Assembly (NCBI GenBank): GCA_013336285.1
Contig: JAAXTX010000004.1
Location: forward strand, 624-64,623
DNA from: Candidatus Moraniibacteriota bacterium
GTDB taxonomy: Bacteria > Patescibacteriota > Minisyncoccia > Moranbacterales > UBA1568
Direction: 5' to 3'
DNA: 64,000 nt
The notes beneath the pieces are model-generated. The model was not told the origin of the DNA and searched no databases. It saw nothing but the letters and a program-made list of their open reading frames with translations. Each line of letters starts with the position of its first letter. Positions within the stretch are counted from its first letter, which is position 1. Shown here piece after piece: positions 18,984 through 29,265 of the stretch. A program made the translations under genes and the position numbers.

Positions 18984-21449
18984 ATGAGCGAAAAAAAGAC
19001 ACAGGGAACATTGATTGATACCGATGGACGTATCGAGGAACGGCAGATAACCGATGAGGTACGCCAATCGTATCTTGATTACGCGATGAGCGTAATCGTT
19101 GCGCGAGCATTGCCGGATGTACGTGACGGGATGAAGCCGGTGCATCGCCGCATCCTGTATTCCATGTGGTCAACGGGTCTTCGCTCGAGCGCTAAATTCA
19201 GAAAATCAGCCACCGTGGTCGGTGAAGTGCTCGGAAAATGGCATCCCCATGGCGATACCGCGGTTTATGATACGATGGTCCGCATGGCGCAGGATTTCTC
19301 CTTGCGCTACCCGCTCGTCTGGGGACAGGGTAACTTCGGCTCGATGGATGGGGATAGTCCGGCGGCGTACCGTTATACCGAAGCGAAGTTGGCCCCGATC
19401 GCGGAGGAAATGCTGCTCGATATCGAGAAAGACACGGTCGATTTCGTTCCGAACTTCGATGGAGTTCACATGGAGCCGACAGTGCTTCCGGCGAAACTGC
19501 CGCAACTTCTTTTGAATGGTACCGTGGGAATTGCCGTCGGAATGGCGACAAATATCCCGCCACACAATCTCAACGAATTAGCCGACGGAATATGTCATCT
19601 GATCGATCATCCGGATGCGACTATCGACGATCTGATGCAATTCATCAAGGGACCGGACTTTCCGACCGGTGGAATCGCTTATAATTCCGCCGATATTCGT
19701 GAGGCGTATGCGACAGGAAAGGGGAAGATAGCGACCCGGGCGAAAGCGGAGATTGTCGAGACGAAAGCCGGGATGTTCCAGATCGTCGTCACGGAGATGA
19801 CGTACCAGACGAACAAGGCTACCCTTATAGAAAGGCTTGCCGATCTCGTGAAGGACGGTAAGATACTGGGTATCCGCGATCTTCGTGACGAATCCGACAA
19901 GGATGGCGTCCGAGTCGTCGTGGAATTGAAAAAGGACGCCTATCCGCAAAAGGTTCTCAATCAGCTATATACCCAGACGGATCTCCAGAAAAACTTCAAC
20001 GTGAACATGCTGGCGCTTGTTGACGGCATCGATCCGCAGATACTTACCCTGAAGTCGATTCTTGAACATTACATCATCCACAGGCAGAAGGTGGTCACTC
20101 GTCGGGCTGAATATGAACTCGATAAGGCCCGTGATCGCGCTCATATCCTTGAGGGACTCAAAAAGGCGTTGGACCACATCGATGAGATCATCGCTACCAT
20201 AAAGAAGTCGAAGACCAAGGAAGAGGCACATCAGAACCTCATGAAGAACTTCCGTCTTTCCGATCGGCAAACGACAGCGATACTCGAGATGCGTCTTCAG
20301 ACGCTCTCCGGTCTCGAAAGGCAGAAAATCGAGGACGAGCTTGATGAGAAAATGAAACTTATCGCTCAGCTAGAGGACCTGCTCTCAAGCCGAGAGAAGA
20401 TTCTTGGAGTGGTGAAGACCGAACTTTTGGAACTTCGTGATAAGTATGGCGATGCGCGAAAGACGCGGATTGTCAGGAGTGGCCTCGGTGAATTCAAACA
20501 GGAGGATCTTATCCCGAACGAGGATGCGATCATCACGCTTTCCGAAGACGGATATATCAAGCGCATGAATCCGGACGTATATCGTGTGCAGAAACGCGGT
20601 GGAAAGGGCGTAATCGGAGCGGTCACCAAGGAGGAGGACAAGATAGCCATGGTACTTTCGCTTGAGACGCATGCCGACCTCATGTTCTTCACGAATACCG
20701 GGAAGGTCTTCCAGCTCAAGGCGTATGAGATTCCTGAATCATCACGCACGGCGAAGGGGGCAGCAATCGTAAACTTCATCCAGATCAGTCCGGAGGAGAA
20801 GATTACCGAACTGGTCGCACGGAAAAAAGGCGATGATACAAGATTCCTTTTCATGGCGACTCGGAACGGAACCGTCAAGAAGACAAAGATCGAGGAATTC
20901 GAAAATGTCCGCCGATCGGGTCTTATCGCGATCAACCTGGATAAGGGCGATCTATTGAGTTGGGTCCGACCGACCGACGGTGGAGATGATATCATCATGA
21001 CTACGCAGGATGGCCAGGCGATCCGTTTCAAGGAGACCGATGTGCGGGCTATGGGGCGTTCCGCTGCCGGAGTCCGTGGTATCCGTCTCGGTCAGGGTGA
21101 CGAGGTGGTCGCTATGGATGTTATAAATAAGGGTGAGAAGGGACTCGAATTGCTTATCCTTTCACAGAACGGACTGGGAAAACGCTCGGAGTTGAAGCAT
21201 TATAAGGTGCAGAAACGTGGTGGGTCCGGTATAAAGACCATGAAAGTGACGGTAAAGACGGGAAAGCTTGTCGGTGCCGCTATCACTTCGATGGCGAATA
21301 TCGAGGATGATCTGATTCTCACCTCTGAGAAAGGAACCATTATCCGTATTCCGTTCAAGTCGGTGCCGCTTCTTTCCCGTGTGACTCAGGGCGTACGCGT
21401 CATGAAGCCGCAGGCCGGCGATAAAGTAGGAGCGTTCACGATGCTGTAA
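18984..21449 (+). CDS. gyrA: DNA gyrase subunit A
   Basis: [24 protein letters not shown], GyrA-box QKRGGKG. Confidence 0.98.
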   Translation: MSEKKTQGTLIDTDGRIEERQITDEVRQSYLDYAMSVIVARALPDVRDGMKPVHRRILYSMWSTGLRSSAKFRKSATVVGEVLGKWHPHGDTAVYDTMVRMAQDFSLRYPLVWGQGNFGSMDGDSPAAYRYTEAKLAPIAEEMLLDIEKDTVDFVPNFDGVHMEPTVLPAKLPQLLLNGTVGIAVGMATNIPPHNLNELADGICHLIDHPDATIDDLMQFIKGPDFPTGGIAYNSADIREAYATGKGKIATRAKAEIVETKAGMFQIVVTEMTYQTNKATLIERLADLVKDGKILGIRDLRDESDKDGVRVVVELKKDAYPQKVLNQLYTQTDLQKNFNVNMLALVDGIDPQILTLKSILEHYIIHRQKVVTRRAEYELDKARDRAHILEGLKKALDHIDEIIATIKKSKTKEEAHQNLMKNFRLSDRQTTAILEMRLQTLSGLERQKIEDELDEKMKLIAQLEDLLSSREKILGVVKTELLELRDKYGDARKTRIVRSGLGEFKQEDLIPNEDAIITLSEDGYIKRMNPDVYRVQKRGGKGVIGAVTKEEDKIAMVLSLETHADLMFFTNTGKVFQLKAYEIPESSRTAKGAAIVNFIQISPEEKITELVARKKGDDTRFLFMATRNGTVKKTKIEEFENVRRSGLIAINLDKGDLLSWVRPTDGGDDIIMTTQDGQAIRFKETDVRAMGRSAAGVRGIRLGQGDEVVAMDVINKGEKGLELLILSQNGLGKRSELKHYKVQKRGGSGIKTMKVTVKTGKLVGAAITSMANIEDDLILTSEKGTIIRIPFKSVPLLSRVTQGVRVMKPQAGDKVGAFTML

Positions 21450-21499
21450 GACCGTGACTATCGGGAATGCCCCGTTTCTATCGGAGTACGGCACAAGTG

Positions 21500-21533
21500 A
21501 AAAGAAAAACCGCCGTAAGGCGGTTTTTCTTTT
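21500..21533. terminator. bidirectional terminator
   Basis: AAAAGAAAAACCGCC-GTAA-GGCGGTTTTTCTTTT. Confidence 0.85.
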
Positions 21534-21550
21534 GGGCGTTGATGAAGGGC

Positions 21551-22330
21551 TTACGCGTCAAGCTCAGGAATACGCTTTGGAAGCGCATTCCAAAGCAACT
21601 CGAAAGTGAGCTTTTGAAGTTCTGCCAGCTCTTTCGACTCGATAAGAACGGCGATTTTTTCCCTCCAAGACACGATCAACATTTTGTCGTTGTAGATATT
21701 GACTTCCGGCGAGAATGACATCTCTTTCTCGGGAAGGAATCGGACAGTCCTCATCTCATCTTGATTGTGTCTCGTCCGTTCGATGGAAGCCGAATTTCTC
21801 GGAAGTATGCCTTTGCCGAAAATCCCTTTTTCGACCCTGCGTTTGTAATATTCCGGGAAGAAATCGGGCAGACCCTCGTGGATAGTCTCAATATTCGAGT
21901 ATCCCAGAATCATCCCGTCAGCAGTCAATGTGTCCTCATAAGCCTCCCGCATGCCTTTTTCTCCCTCGAAGAAACTAACTTTTGGCTTATTTGTAAAGAT
22001 ATTTTGAAGTGATACCAGTTGTGGAAGCAGTTCGGATACCTTTCGTTTTTGCTTTTCTATCTTTTTAACCTGTTCTTCTTTTTCGCGATCCAAATAGGTT
22101 AGCAGGTGTCTTGGTTCCAGGGCATTGAAGTATGTCGCGGAACCCTTTTTGAATTTGCTTACAAGACCCTTCTGCATCAGGACATCGAAGATGTCGTAGA
22201 TCGTCGTTCGATTCAGTCCGGTTTTTTTTGCGATATCATGAGCCTTACCGGAGCCGACCTCAAGCAGGGCGAGGTATACGGATGACTCTTTTTCTGAGAA
22301 ATCGAGCGCGGAAAGAAGGTTGTTTATCAT
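21551..22330 (-). CDS. TrmB-family transcriptional regulator
   Basis: FSEKESSVYLALLE..IAKKTGLNRTTIYDIF..L.QKGLV; PKVSFFEG; IYNDK. Confidence 0.92.
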   Translation of the reverse strand: MINNLLSALDFSEKESSVYLALLEVGSGKAHDIAKKTGLNRTTIYDIFDVLMQKGLVSKFKKGSATYFNALEPRHLLTYLDREKEEQVKKIEKQKRKVSELLPQLVSLQNIFTNKPKVSFFEGEKGMREAYEDTLTADGMILGYSNIETIHEGLPDFFPEYYKRRVEKGIFGKGILPRNSASIERTRHNQDEMRTVRFLPEKEMSFSPEVNIYNDKMLIVSWREKIAVLIESKELAELQKLTFELLWNALPKRIPELDA

Positions 22331-22336
22331 ATAGTT

Positions 22337-22353
22337 GTGGAAAGTATTGCGAC
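22337..22353. promoter_or_regulatory. putative operator 1 (GTGGAA-N5-TGCGAC)
   Basis: Imperfect palindrome just upstream of the trmB start; recurs at 22403 and 23232. Confidence 0.5.
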
Positions 22354-22402
22354 AAAATTATCATATATTAAAAGCCAAAATAATCAAAATATCGATATAC
22401 GA

Positions 22403-22419
22403 TTCGAATAAGATTCCAC
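22403..22419. promoter_or_regulatory. putative operator 2 (minus strand GTGGAA-N5-TTCGAA)
   Basis: Overlaps a possible -35 (TTCCAC) lying 18 bp before TATACT at 22438. Confidence 0.5.
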
Positions 22420-22546
22420 AGAATCATTGAATAGTTGTATACTCAGGAGTCGAATTGAAAAGCAGCTCCTTCAAAATATATAAATATCAGCCTCCTTTGA
22501 ACGTTGTGCCCTTCGGCCGAAGGCATAAATAACATAAGGAGGAAAA

Positions 22547-22849
22547 ATGGCACGGTATTTTCACGGGACAAGCAGCGCTAACTTGCAAGCAATAATGACT
22601 CACGGGCTCATCGGAGGTTTAAACCTGACAGAAGCGAGGCGCAGGAATACGGAAATCGTTTTTTTAACGACAAATTATCAGAGCGCCGTCGGTTACGCCG
22701 GGAGAAGCAAGGCGCAACGCGGCGGTAAAGCCGTGGTATTGGTCGTTTCATCTTCCGAGGCAAGACCGTGGAAGAATAAAAAAGGTTGTACTATATTTAC
22801 GGCGCCAAACGTAATAGCACAGGAAATTTGTAAGGTAATTGAACTATAA
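22547..22849 (+). CDS. small ADP-ribosyltransferase-fold (Tpt1/KptA NAD-lobe-like) protein
   Basis: AAGGAGG SD; YFHGTS...I..HGL...VFLT...A..YA. Confidence 0.65.
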   Translation: MARYFHGTSSANLQAIMTHGLIGGLNLTEARRRNTEIVFLTTNYQSAVGYAGRSKAQRGGKAVVLVVSSSEARPWKNKKGCTIFTAPNVIAQEICKVIEL

Positions 22850-22862
22850 AAAGGGCAGAGAC

Positions 22863-23063
22863 ATGGGAAAAACAGAGAAAATAATTCGGATGATATTAAG
22901 AATGGCGGTTGCACCCTGCGCTCTTATCGCTCCATTCCTGATTATGTTGGGCGTGTGGTCGATGAATATCCATAACGGGGAATCTGCTGTATTGGCTATT
23001 GGTGGCGGTGTAGGTTCCTCACTCGTAGCTTGGATATGCTGGCTGCTTGAGGAACCGGCATAA
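22863..23063 (+). CDS. small two-TM membrane protein
   Basis: 66 aa, two hydrophobic helices, 13 bp after the upstream stop. Confidence 0.65.
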   Translation: MGKTEKIIRMILRMAVAPCALIAPFLIMLGVWSMNIHNGESAVLAIGGGVGSSLVAWICWLLEEPA

Positions 23064-23097
23064 ATCCTTCAAGGTGGGTTCTGATACGGACCGCCGT

Positions 23098-23133
23098 GCA
23101 CCGGGATCTTAACAGATTCCGGTGCTTTATTTA
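23098..23133 (+). terminator. intrinsic terminator
   Basis: GCACCGGGATCT-TAAC-AGATTCCGGTGC-TTTATTT. Confidence 0.7.
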
Positions 23134-23231
23134 TCACGATTTATAACCATTTCCATAACGATGACTGCATGTCGTACCACTCTCCCATTTTCTCATGGCA
23201 CTTTTTATAATCGATTAACATTTAATAATTC

Positions 23232-23248
23232 GTGGAAGAATATTCGAC
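23232..23248. promoter_or_regulatory. putative operator 3 (GTGGAA-N5-TTCGAC)
   Basis: Upstream of the radical SAM gene. Confidence 0.5.
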
Positions 23249-23444
23249 AGAAAGTTGCCTTAAAAAAGGCATTAAGTATATATATTAGCCTAATAATATA
23301 AATAGTCTCTGACAACTTTTTAAAAAAAGCAGTATACTTCAGTGTTACGGTGATATACGATTGAAGCTTAAAAAATGCGAAATATTTCCCGTTTCGTCCT
23401 TGTGCTCTCCGGCCGGAAGCATAAGAACTAAACGGAGATAGTTA

Positions 23445-24578
23445 ATGAAAAATAGTATCAGTGAAAAATCGGTCCAGCATGGACTGGAAAGAAAAAATAA
23501 CGGCAATCTCCAGACCATGTGGATCGAGTTGCCCGGCATCTGTAATCTGGCCTGCGCTTACTGCTATGCCTGCGGAGGAGACAGACTTTGTTCCGATAAT
23601 CTCCTCTCGTGGCAACAGTATAAATCGATTCTCGTACAGGCAAGGGCACTGGGCGTCGACTCCATCGGAATACCCGGTGCCGGAGAGCCGCTGCTTGGTA
23701 CGAACAGACAGCTTGCATTGTCGATTATCCGGAAGTGTTCGGAACTGGGTATTTTCGTGACATTGTTTACTACCGGAGAGTTCATCGATGAACGGATAGC
23801 TGACGAACTGTATCGGCTTCCGGTCGAAGTGATGCTGAAGGGTAATACCCTTGATCCGGAAAAGCAGGACCGCTTCGTAAGTGACCCGTCCCGCAATAGG
23901 GAAATTCGGGGCTATGGCGAAAAAAGAAATGTCGCCATCGATCTCCTGATGCGAAAGGGCTTCAACGACCACGGCAAATGCATGAAGGCGTTTGGCCGCA
24001 AGAGTCGAATGGCGCTTGTCACGAGCATCATGACTGGCGGACACGGTGAGCTTAACAATTTAGACGATGTCGTCGGGGTTCTCAGGTACTGCAGGGAACA
24101 CAACATCATATTCGACTGCGACAGCCTTCTGGAGCGCGGGCGTGGGGCGAACTGCGAGTTGTGTGCTTCCGACAGGGAACTGAAAAGTAAGCTGCTCGAA
24201 CTGCAGGAAATCGACGACGTGGAGTATGGGAATGTTTGGGGGCTTTCGCAGTCCTATGTCGGTACCGTTTGTGATCGGTACATGCATCATCTGTACGTTA
24301 CACAGTACGGCGAGGTCAGGCCGTGCATAGGTGCGATGGATATGATGTTGGGAGACCTTCACGAGACGACGCTTCAGGAGGCATGGGAGAGTGCGGAGAT
24401 GCGGATCATACGGGCAAGGAAGTATTCCGGAAAATGCGGGGATGAATGCGGCAACTTCGAAGACGGAACGTGCAATTCCTGCTTGGGGCGTCGCGTTTCG
24501 GGCCTGACCAACGAGAACCTGTTGGCCAAGGGAAGCGTCGATACCGTCGGATGCTGGAATTTCAGGGATAAGACCTGA
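23445..24578 (+). CDS. radical SAM / SPASM-domain protein
   Basis: CNLACAYC, GAGEPLL, C...LYVTQYGEVRPC, C-terminal CGDEC...CNSC...C. Confidence 0.92.
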   Translation: MKNSISEKSVQHGLERKNNGNLQTMWIELPGICNLACAYCYACGGDRLCSDNLLSWQQYKSILVQARALGVDSIGIPGAGEPLLGTNRQLALSIIRKCSELGIFVTLFTTGEFIDERIADELYRLPVEVMLKGNTLDPEKQDRFVSDPSRNREIRGYGEKRNVAIDLLMRKGFNDHGKCMKAFGRKSRMALVTSIMTGGHGELNNLDDVVGVLRYCREHNIIFDCDSLLERGRGANCELCASDRELKSKLLELQEIDDVEYGNVWGLSQSYVGTVCDRYMHHLYVTQYGEVRPCIGAMDMMLGDLHETTLQEAWESAEMRIIRARKYSGKCGDECGNFEDGTCNSCLGRRVSGLTNENLLAKGSVDTVGCWNFRDKT

Positions 24579-24713
24579 AATAAGGCTAAGCGCGGCAGTA
24601 GGCAGAACGTAAACCGTTCTGCCTTTTATATATCGATCTATGCGACTCATATTTTCGTACTTGCCAACATTTTTATCCCGTGTTATCGTTTCTATTGATA
24701 ATTTCTAAGGGTG

Positions 24714-24784
24714 AAGCGTGCAGTGGTGCGGGTGGAGGCGCGAAAGCGTCGCGCGGCTTCGGTCGCGGCACGACGGTACGGCTT
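24714..24784 (+). promoter_or_regulatory. structured rpsO 5' leader (candidate S15 autoregulatory RNA)
   Basis: GGCGC-GAAA-GCGTC and GCGGC-TTCG-GTCGC hairpins closed by GTGC/GCAC and outer AAGC/GCTT stems. Confidence 0.6.
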
Positions 24785-24794
24785 ACATAAAGGT

Positions 24795-25058
24795 ATGGCG
24801 CTAACACACGCGCAGAAGGATAGGGTTACGAAGGAGGTCAAGCGTCACGATACGGATACCGGTTCTCCGGAATATCAGATCGCGATGTTCACGGAGAAGA
24901 TCAAGCGGTTGACCGCTCATCTCAAAAAGAACAAGCAGGATTTCCATTCCCGTCGCGGTCTTCTGAAGATGGTCGCCAAAAGGAAGAAGCTCTTCGCTTA
25001 CCTTGAGAAGACGGATGAAAAGTCCGCGAAGGGTCTGAAGAAGAAGCTTGGTCTGTAG
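24795..25058 (+). CDS. rpsO: 30S ribosomal protein S15
   Basis: DTGSPEYQIA, HLKKNKQDFHSRRGLLKMV. Confidence 0.97.
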   Translation: MALTHAQKDRVTKEVKRHDTDTGSPEYQIAMFTEKIKRLTAHLKKNKQDFHSRRGLLKMVAKRKKLFAYLEKTDEKSAKGLKKKLGL

Positions 25059-25118
25059 GATCGCAAAGCTGCCCTTTCGGGCAGTTCTTGCTTTGTAGGA
25101 TATTCGAAACGAACGATT

Positions 25119-25625
25119 ATGGCAAAACTTACGGAACAGCGTGTCGGAGTATTCGTCGATGTGTCCAATCTCTACCACAGTGCGAAGGTCGTGTACAAAA
25201 AGAAGGTGAATTTCAAGAATATCCTGGTTGAGGCCGTATCCGGGCGAAAACTTATACGGGCGATCGCTTATGGCATCACGACTTCAGAAGCCACCGAGGA
25301 AAAGTTTTTTGAGACGATAGGTACCTACGGATATGACGTGAAGACGAAGGAGTTGCAGATTTTCCCCGACGGCTCAAAGAAAGGCGACTGGGACGTCGGA
25401 ATCACCGTCGACGCGATCAAAATGGCGGCAAAACTTGATGTGGTGATTCTCGCTTCGGGCGACGGCGACTATATCCCGCTCGTCGAATATCTTCAGAGCA
25501 CCTTCGGGTGCCGCGTCGAGGTGGTCGGTTTTTCGGAATCTGCGAGTTCGAAACTGGTCGAGATCGCGGATGAATTTCTCAACCTCTCGTCAGATCGGAA
25601 AAAATTTCTTCTGGGAGGAAGATAA
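25119..25625 (+). CDS. NYN (LabA/DUF88) PIN-like nuclease domain protein
   Basis: VFVDVSN, KGDWDV, SGDGDY. Confidence 0.92.
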   Translation: MAKLTEQRVGVFVDVSNLYHSAKVVYKKKVNFKNILVEAVSGRKLIRAIAYGITTSEATEEKFFETIGTYGYDVKTKELQIFPDGSKKGDWDVGITVDAIKMAAKLDVVILASGDGDYIPLVEYLQSTFGCRVEVVGFSESASSKLVEIADEFLNLSSDRKKFLLGGR

Positions 25626-25736
25626 GATGTGATGATTCCGGATAGAGAGACCGCGCGAGCGGTCTTTTTTATGGAAACATTGACAAAACGGAATGATGTG
25701 CCATGTTGAGTTTATCTTTAATAATAACTACGGGAG

Positions 25737-26516
25737 GTGAGAGTGGAAGCCGGACAGGAACATGTCAGGGTTGGTATATTTGTCGATGCTTTGAATATTC
25801 TGTATTCGTTTCGTGATTATGCCTCGAAACGAGGCATAGGAAGGGTTATCGACTTCGAGAAGGTAATGCGGGAATGTGTTCATGGCAGGCGTATCGTCAA
25901 GTCCGTGGCGTATTCCGGATCGAATACCTATCAGGGAAAGAGAGCATTCGCCGGTTTGAACGGCGCGCTGAAACTCGCGGGATTCGAATTGAAAGTGAAG
26001 CAGGCGGATATACTTGCCGATCGGAGGATGAAGTGCAATTGGGATGTCGGTATGGCGATTGATATTCCTAAGGTCGCCAGAAAGATGGAAGTGGTGATAT
26101 TGGTAACGGGTGACGGCGATTTTATCGATTTGGTAATCGAACTGCAGAACGAGTACGGATGTGAGGTAGAGGTCGTCGCATTCAGTGATTCCATGAGTCT
26201 CGAATTGAGAAACGTGGCCGATCGATATTCGTATATCGAGGACGGGGATTATTTGAAGGAAGAACCGGTCTTGAAAAAGACGAGAAAAATGAACGTGCAG
26301 AAAAAAGAAAACGGAGCGAAGCGGAGTGTGGATCCCGAAATTATCGCTGAAGGATACGATGACGATGTGTCGGATCTCATGCCAAAGTTGGCCGACGACG
26401 CGCGCGATGAGCAGGTAACGGAAAAAAAATCACCACAGCGAAAAATATCCTTGAAACGAATGAGTTGTTTTTATGTAAAAAAGGGTGAGAATTCGGGAAA
26501 AGATCCTGGCATGTAA
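25737..26516 (+). CDS. second NYN-domain protein with a charged C-terminal tail
   Basis: IFVDALN, KCNWDV, TGDGDF; start uncertain. Confidence 0.88.
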   Translation: MRVEAGQEHVRVGIFVDALNILYSFRDYASKRGIGRVIDFEKVMRECVHGRRIVKSVAYSGSNTYQGKRAFAGLNGALKLAGFELKVKQADILADRRMKCNWDVGMAIDIPKVARKMEVVILVTGDGDFIDLVIELQNEYGCEVEVVAFSDSMSLELRNVADRYSYIEDGDYLKEEPVLKKTRKMNVQKKENGAKRSVDPEIIAEGYDDDVSDLMPKLADDARDEQVTEKKSPQRKISLKRMSCFYVKKGENSGKDPGM

Positions 26517-27006
26517 TGTATTCCCGGATATGGCTGACATCTCGTCGGATCACGATGTAGAAAAGGACGATTCGCGAATCTCGCCATTTTAAACTGCTCG
26601 TGCCGGGGATTCTTCCCTGAATTGTCTATCTAATCAAAAAAACAGCTCTGGTGAAAGACGAATATCGAATTTCATCAAACATGTAGCGCGTGCGGAGAAT
26701 AAGCACCCGTAAAAAACCAATCTGCAGAGCAGTACGAATGAAAGCGGAGTCATCGTTGTTCCGATGAATGCCTCGGTGGATATGCACGAATGCTGGCGAC
26801 CATACGTCGCCGGCATTATTTATTATGAGTATTTCTCTTGTCGACGATTGACTTTCGGGGGATTTCTCCGTACAGTGTGAGAGAAGGTAATCATTTATAT
26901 AGCTTTCGATCGCGCGCGGCTCAAATCTCAAAAATGAGGAAAGAAACGGCTTCTTCTCTCGTTTTTGCGCTTTGGGTCCCTGTTCGCGGTCCGGGAGCAT
27001 AAGGCT

Positions 27007-29148
27007 ATGCAGGAAGCAAAAAGCTGGTCGCTCCAACTGGGCGGTCGGGAATTGCGCGTATCGACAGGACTCCTCGCGGGGCAGGCGAATGGCGCAGTGA
27101 CGGTCAGATACGGAGAGACGGTGGTGTTGGCGACCGCGGTCATGTCCAAGCACGCCGGGCAGTCGCGGGGGTATTTCCCGCTGATGGTCGACTATGAAGA
27201 GCGGTATTATGCGGCGGGCAAAATCAAAGGATCGCGCTTCATCAAGCGTGAGGGGCGTCCGTCGGACGACGCCATCCTTTCAGGTCGTGCGGTAGACCGC
27301 ACGGTCCGTCCGTTGTTTGACAGCCGAATGCGAAGCGAGATACAGGTCGTAGCGACCGTGCTTTCTTTCGACGGCGAGAACGATCCGGATCTCGTGGCCA
27401 TTATCGCCGCATCCGCGGCGCTTTCCATTTCCGATATACCGTGGAACGGCCCGGTCGGCGCCGTGCGTGTCGGACGGATCAGCGGTGGAGATTTTATCCT
27501 GAATCCGACAACCGAAGAGCGGGAGAGCAAGGAAAACGTGCTCGATCTGATGATTTCCGGTACGAAGGACAAGATCAATATGATCGAGGCCGGTGCGAAC
27601 GAGATTCCCGAAGCGGAAATGGCTGAAGCCTTCAAGTTCGGGTTCGAGAGTGTCCAAAAGATCGCGGGATTCATAGGGGAAATCACGAAGGAGATCGGCA
27701 GAAAGAAGTCCGAGGCTATTGTCCTTGCGGGACCTGAAGGTTTTGATGAGGACCTGAAGTCGTTTCTCCGTAAGGAAGGCCTCGCGGAGGCGCTGTTCTC
27801 TCTCGTAAAAAAGGAAGACAAGGAGGCACAGCTTGACGAGATCGGAAAGAAGATGAAGACATATATCGCCGATAAGTATCCGGAATCGGCCGCGGGCCTC
27901 GGAGAAATATCGTCATTAGTGATGGATGAGGTTTCCGATGAGATCCTTCACGAGAAGATACTTAAGGAGAATATCCGACCGGACGGACGGAAACTCGACG
28001 AGATTCGGACGATCACATCGCATATCGGCGTGTTGCCAAGAACTCACGGAACGGGACTTTTCACCCGCGGCGAGACCCAGGCCCTGACCGTGACGACGTT
28101 GGGCGCTCCCGGTGATCAGATGATCGTCGACACGATGGAAGTGGACATGAAGAAGAGGTACATGCACTTCTATAACTTTCCGCCATACTCTGTAGGGGAG
28201 GTGCGGCCGATGCGCGGTCCGGGACGTCGCGAAATAGGACATGGCGCACTGGCGGAGAAGGCGCTCCTTCCGGTACTGCCGCCGTACGAGGAATTCCCGT
28301 ATACGATGCTGCTTGTTTCAGAAGTGCTCTCGTCGAACGGATCCTCGTCCATGGCGTCGACATGCGGTTCCACCCTTTCCCTTATGGATGCAGGCGTACC
28401 GATCCGCAAACCGGTCGCCGGTATAGCGATGGGAATTATCGAGGGCGACGGTGAATACCGCGTGCTTTCGGATATCCAGGGTCTCGAAGATCATTTCGGG
28501 GACATGGATTTCAAGGTAGCTGGAACAGCGGACGGTATCACGGCAATGCAGATGGACGTGAAAATCGACGGTCTTGCGCCTGAGACGCTCGCGGAAGCCT
28601 TGAAGCAGGCCAAGGAAAGCAGACTTTTCATTCTTGGAAAAATGCTCGAGACGATCGCCGAGCCGAGAAAGGAAATGTCCCCGTATGCACCGCGTATCAT
28701 CACGCTTCGCATCAATCCAGACAAGATCCGCGACGTCATCGGTCCGGGCGGCAAGATGATCAATAGGATCATCGACGAGACAGGTGTCTCGATCGATATC
28801 GAGGATGACGGTTCGGTATTCATCACCTCGACCGATGAGACAAGCGCTAAGACGGCGGTGGAATGGATCAATAACCTTACCCGCGAGGTAAAGGCCGGAG
28901 AACTCTTTCAGGGAAGGATCACGAGACTCATGAATTTCGGCGCCTTCGCCGAAGTCCTGCCGAACCAGGAGGGTCTGATCCATATTTCCGAACTTGCGGA
29001 CTATCGCGTGGAAAAGGTTGAAGACATCGTTAAGGTCGGCGATATCGTCCCGGTCGTCGTCAAGGAAATCGACAGCCAGGGAAGGATCAACCTTTCCCGG
29101 AAAGCCGCACTGCAAAGACTTGAAGAGGATGGGACGAAGACGGAATAG
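27007..29148 (+). CDS. pnp: polyribonucleotide nucleotidyltransferase (PNPase)
   Basis: FPLMVDYEE, RREIGHG, SNGSSSMAS, GDMDFKVAG, KH and S1 domains. Confidence 0.98.
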   Translation: MQEAKSWSLQLGGRELRVSTGLLAGQANGAVTVRYGETVVLATAVMSKHAGQSRGYFPLMVDYEERYYAAGKIKGSRFIKREGRPSDDAILSGRAVDRTVRPLFDSRMRSEIQVVATVLSFDGENDPDLVAIIAASAALSISDIPWNGPVGAVRVGRISGGDFILNPTTEERESKENVLDLMISGTKDKINMIEAGANEIPEAEMAEAFKFGFESVQKIAGFIGEITKEIGRKKSEAIVLAGPEGFDEDLKSFLRKEGLAEALFSLVKKEDKEAQLDEIGKKMKTYIADKYPESAAGLGEISSLVMDEVSDEILHEKILKENIRPDGRKLDEIRTITSHIGVLPRTHGTGLFTRGETQALTVTTLGAPGDQMIVDTMEVDMKKRYMHFYNFPPYSVGEVRPMRGPGRREIGHGALAEKALLPVLPPYEEFPYTMLLVSEVLSSNGSSSMASTCGSTLSLMDAGVPIRKPVAGIAMGIIEGDGEYRVLSDIQGLEDHFGDMDFKVAGTADGITAMQMDVKIDGLAPETLAEALKQAKESRLFILGKMLETIAEPRKEMSPYAPRIITLRINPDKIRDVIGPGGKMINRIIDETGVSIDIEDDGSVFITSTDETSAKTAVEWINNLTREVKAGELFQGRITRLMNFGAFAEVLPNQEGLIHISELADYRVEKVEDIVKVGDIVPVVVKEIDSQGRINLSRKAALQRLEEDGTKTE

Positions 29149-29265
29149 TCGGAAAGTGAATGGAACGAAACCGCCCCGAATTCGATCGGGGCGTTTTCTT
29201 TATTACATGTACGTAGGTATGCTACAATGCGGACATCAGCGGTAAGCTCCAATAAGCAGCAGAGT

